A stretch of 64,000 nt of DNA from Amoebophrya sp. A120. Taxonomy: Eukaryota > Protista > Dinoflagellata. A program made the position numbers and the translations under genes. This document shows positions 60,401-64,000 of this stretch, piece after piece. The notes under the pieces were generated by a model. The model saw only the letters and a program-made list of their open reading frames with translations, had not been told where the DNA came from and ran no database searches. The stretch lies in contig CAJINV010000001.1 of the NCBI GenBank assembly GCA_905178155.1, positions 8,401,599-8,465,598 of the forward strand, written 5' to 3'. Position 1 is the stretch's first letter; the number at the start of each line of letters is the position of its first letter.

Positions 60401-63400
60401 TTGTCGAAGTTGTTGTGCTAGTCGTCGTCGACGACGTGAATGTAGTCGTCACTGTGCTCGTCGTCGTCGTCGTTGTGGTCGTCGTCGCGCCCGGCGCCAG
60501 CGTCGTCGTCGTCGCGGCCGGGTCTAGCGTTGTCGTAGTGGTCGTCGACGTGGTCGTCGTGCCTGTGGTGGTTGTGCTTGTCGTGGTTGTGACGGTCGTG
60601 GTAACTGTGGTGGTCGTCACTGTCGTCGTTGAGCTGGTCGTGCTCGTCGACGTCGTGATCGTCGTCGTCACCGTGGTAGTGGCGCCTGGCACGTAAATCG
60701 TAGTGGTCGTCGTGGTCGTCAACGTCGAGGTGGTGGTGGTGGTGGTCGTGGTCGTTGGTAGCGCGCCCATCAAGCAACTTTGGGTCTCGGTGTCCAGCAA
60801 GTCGTCCAGCGCCCGCTGAAACTTGTTCGTGATCGGCCGCGACGTTTTCGGACTGTTCCAGTTCGCCGGCGTGAGGGAATTCCGGAGCGCCTGCGCCACC
60901 GCGGGAACCGACGCGGGCTGGAGGCCGAGCACGACCGCGGGGAAGGTCACATTGTAGACGGCGTACGCGGTCGGGTCGGCCGCGCCGGGACACTCCGGGT
61001 CGGCCCGCAGCTGGTACCGGTTGGCCGGCACGAACTCCGGCGAGTACACGTCAAACGCCGGCACCAGCACCGCGTAGTTATCCACCAAGTACGCAAACAA
61101 CGCGCCCAGCAGCACCGGCGCCACCTCCGTCCGCAAGCACGCCGCGTCGCAACCAACCAGAATCAGCTCCTGCCAGAAATCGAACTGGTACCCGACCAAC
61201 ACGATCGTCGTGGTCGACGTGGTCGTCGACGTGGTGGTGGACGTGGTTGTTGTCGTGGTGCTCACCGTGGTCGTGATGGTGGAGGTCGTCGTGGTCGACG
61301 TCGTCACGGTGGTCGTCGATGTCGTGGTGCTCGTCACGGTGAAGGTCGTCGTGGTACTGGTCGTCGTCGTGACCGTCGTGGTACTGGTGGTACTCGACGT
61401 GGACGTCGTCGTGCTCGTTGCCGTCGTGGTGGTCGTGGTCGTCGTCGTTTCCGTGCTCGTCGTCGTGAGCGTTGTGGTGCTAGTGGTCGTCGAGGTGGTG
61501 GTCGTGGTGGTCGTCGCGGTCGTGGACGTTGTCGTGGTGGACGTCGTCGTGGTCGTGCTGGTTTCCGTGAAGGTTGTCGTGGTCGTCGTGGTGCTGGTAC
61601 TGGTCTCCAGGGTCGTCGTGGTCACGGTCATCGTCGTTGTGGACGTCGTGGTCGTGGTACTGGTGGACGTCACCGTGGTGGTCGAGGTGGTGGTCGTGGT
61701 CGTGGTCGACGTGGTGGTGGTAGTCGAGGTCACCGTCGTGCTGGTCGTCGTCGTGGTCGACGTCACGGTCGTCGTTACGGTCACGGTGGTGCTCGTGGTG
61801 GTGGTGGTGGACGTAACCGTGGTGGTGTCGGTCGTCGTGATCGTTGTGGTGGAAGTGGTCGTCGACGTGGTCGTCGTGGTGGACGTTTCGGTGGTGGTGC
61901 TGGTCGTGGAGGTAGTGGCCGTGGTCGTCGACGTGGTGGTCGTGGTGGCCGTCGTCGTGGTGGAAGTCGTCGTGGACGTGGTCGTGGTTGTGTAGGTCAC
62001 CGTCGTGGTCGTCACCGTCGTGGTGGTCGTGGTGGTGGTGGTGGGCAGTGCCACAAACCGCTCCGGGTCGTACGGGACCAGGTTCCCGTCCACCATCCGC
62101 AACCCGGGGCCCGCCGCCCCCGCCGCCCCCTGGCCCTCCTGCGCCGCGTAAAAGTTGCCGTACAGCGCCGCCTCCAGGTACGGCCGCATGCGGATCCGCC
62201 CGCCCTTCAGCGCCAGGTCCTCCTCGAACGCGTACGCGATCGCGTCGTGGATTATCAGCGCGTTCTCGTACGTGTCAACGCCCACGAGCTGAATGCGGAA
62301 GGAGTGGAACTTGGCGAGGGGATATCAAACGCAAAATTCGATCGATGTTTCTGCGATCTACGGATCACTCATGAGGTAATACTTTGTGATGCGCAACAGC
62401 TCGTAGGCGCCTTGGAGACTATTGGCAAAGAAGTGCTGTCACGGAGGACGAGATCAGTTCTTTTACACTTTACATGATGGTTGGGCCCTTCTTTGGAAAA
62501 ATATTTGACCCGAGCTACTTCCGGTGCATGCAGGATGTATAACGTCGTACAAAAATGTAAGTAAGGCATTTCTACTTCGCACAGAAACCACATCAAATTT
62601 TGCATTTCATAACGTTTCCCCGTCTGCTTTAGGACCGGGTGGCACACAGATGCTTTCCGGGCTAAGAGCGAACATACCGTATTCGGTGGCGTCCAGGAAA
62701 CCGTCTTGAGTCGCATCGATGCAGGTAAACAGTTTCTGCGCAAACGCCATGCGTTCGTTACTTAGATCACCGCCGAAATACTCCGCCTTTTGGAACTCAC
62801 TCAGCTCAATTCTTGTGGCCGGGTTTGATATGGGGCCGCTTACAAGTCCGATATCCGAGGAGGGGTTTGAGGTTCCGATATCCGCGTAGGTCGGCAATGT
62901 GGTCGGCAGCTGCGCAAGCAAGTTCGTGAGCGACACCGTGTAGGTTAGGCTGACCACATCCCAGGTGTGCTTGCAGTCACAGAACTATACTCAAGCAAAC
63001 CGCGCGAGTCGGTCCTGTGATAAGAACGTACCTCGTTAAATGCATCTTCGTCCACCTCTGCTTGACAGCGGCAGAGGATTCCGTCCTCGGAGCCTTTGAT
63101 ATTCAGTGGCTGTGCAAAGATTATTTTGTGCGAATATGTCGACTACCGCATGACAAAATTCTTCAACTTCCATGGTACGCCTATAAGGCAAAAACAAGGA
63201 AAACGACCGTGCAAGAAGAAAGTGTGGACCACCACTTCTGGATCGTCTTTCCACAAGTGCAACAATGACCAGGGTAATTATATCTATTTGTCATCACTGA
63301 GACCGCGCAGCGCGCTTCTTCTCCAACTTGCATAACAAACTGTAATCCACTGGTCGCCCGGTCGAGGACGTCGCTGCGGGCGTCGTGCCCACCAGGCCAC

Positions 63401-64000
63401 ACTTCGCCGCGTAAGAGGACCCCATGTCCGGGTCCGGCCACACTTGGTACTGCCCGTGGGTGAGAAAGGGGCCCGCGAACAGCGGGTTGAACGGCTGCTC
63501 CGACCCGTAAATCGGGTCCCGGCGGAAAAAGTTGTACATGGCCAAGGCGATCGCGCGCCCGAGGTTTTGCCCCGCGACGAGGCCGAGGTAGTCGTCCGTG
63601 CAGCCGGCCACGGCGAGCAGCAGCTGTAGCCGGAACCGGACGCCGAACGGGTTGTCCGCCTGCTTCGACAGCACAAACGTGCCGGTGGGGTCGTAGGTTT
63701 GCATCTGCAGCAGCCCCGCGGACGGAAAGGGCTGCACCGTCAGCGTCCGCTGAAAGGCCGTCGGATCCCCCAGCTGCTGGTAGATCACGACCGGGGCCTG
63801 GAAACAGCACGGCTTCGGCACCCGCTCGCCGGCGGCGTCCACAATCATGTATTTCCCGTCGGGCACGAAAAGGCGGGGCTCCCCGTCCGCGACCGTCGCA
63901 TTCGTTGTCCACTTTTCCAGTGCGCGCGCAACCACGTACTCCAGGTGCTTGTTTTCGCGTGCCTGGCTGTCGGCGTCCAAACTCGGCGCACCAGGTGCCA
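57414..64000 (-). CDS. Large Thr-rich mucin-like type I membrane protein, 5' end off-window
   Basis: 1623-codon final exon with two poly-Thr stalks, TM FVILGCGLAGILLLCTCVFLYY and a long tail. Upstream Cys-containing exons include EF-hand-like DATQDGFLDATE. Confidence 0.85.
62323..62611. mobile_element. Introner with A-like TIR and no recognisable TSD, in mucin gene
   Basis: TATCAAACGCAAAATTCGAT... pairs with ...ATCAAATTTTGCATTTCATA. Removal of element +5 bp joins DGET to [F/L]AKFHSFRIQLVG in frame. Confidence 0.75.

Noticed and set aside
60070-62477. Poly-Val and Arg/Gly-rich + strand ORFs
   Set aside because: They are antisense shadows of the poly-Thr mucin exon.

Overview
Eukaryotic genomic window with introns and one 844-nt N gap (3605-4448). 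Every recognisable gene lies on the minus strand: COG3, EFTUD2/Snu114, a secreted hypothetical protein, a membrane protein, DNAAF1, several hypotheticals, a GT4 glycosyltransferase, FKBP, VIT1/CCC1, a long-chain acyl-CoA synthetase, a SAM methyltransferase and a Thr-rich mucin. The one-strand cluster, alveolate-like divergent proteins and invasive non-canonical introns suggest a parasitic syndinian dinoflagellate such as Amoebophrya (inference). The main signal is at least 11 introns that are miniature TIR transposons (introners) from several TIR families. All start TAT and end ATA, most have a 5-bp target-site duplication (TSD), and removing the element plus 5 bp restores the reading frame, usually without GT-AG. 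They occur in both orientations and share an internal GCATGACAAA motif. One carries a nested 820-bp insertion whose 17-bp TSD contains that motif. Also present: two Helentron/HINE-like hairpin-rich intronic elements, a decayed APE-RT LINE with unusual hydrophobic segments in a probable 7.3-kb intron, a 2.3-kb direct-repeat-bounded element with a possible nuclease relic, and a composite minisatellite block.
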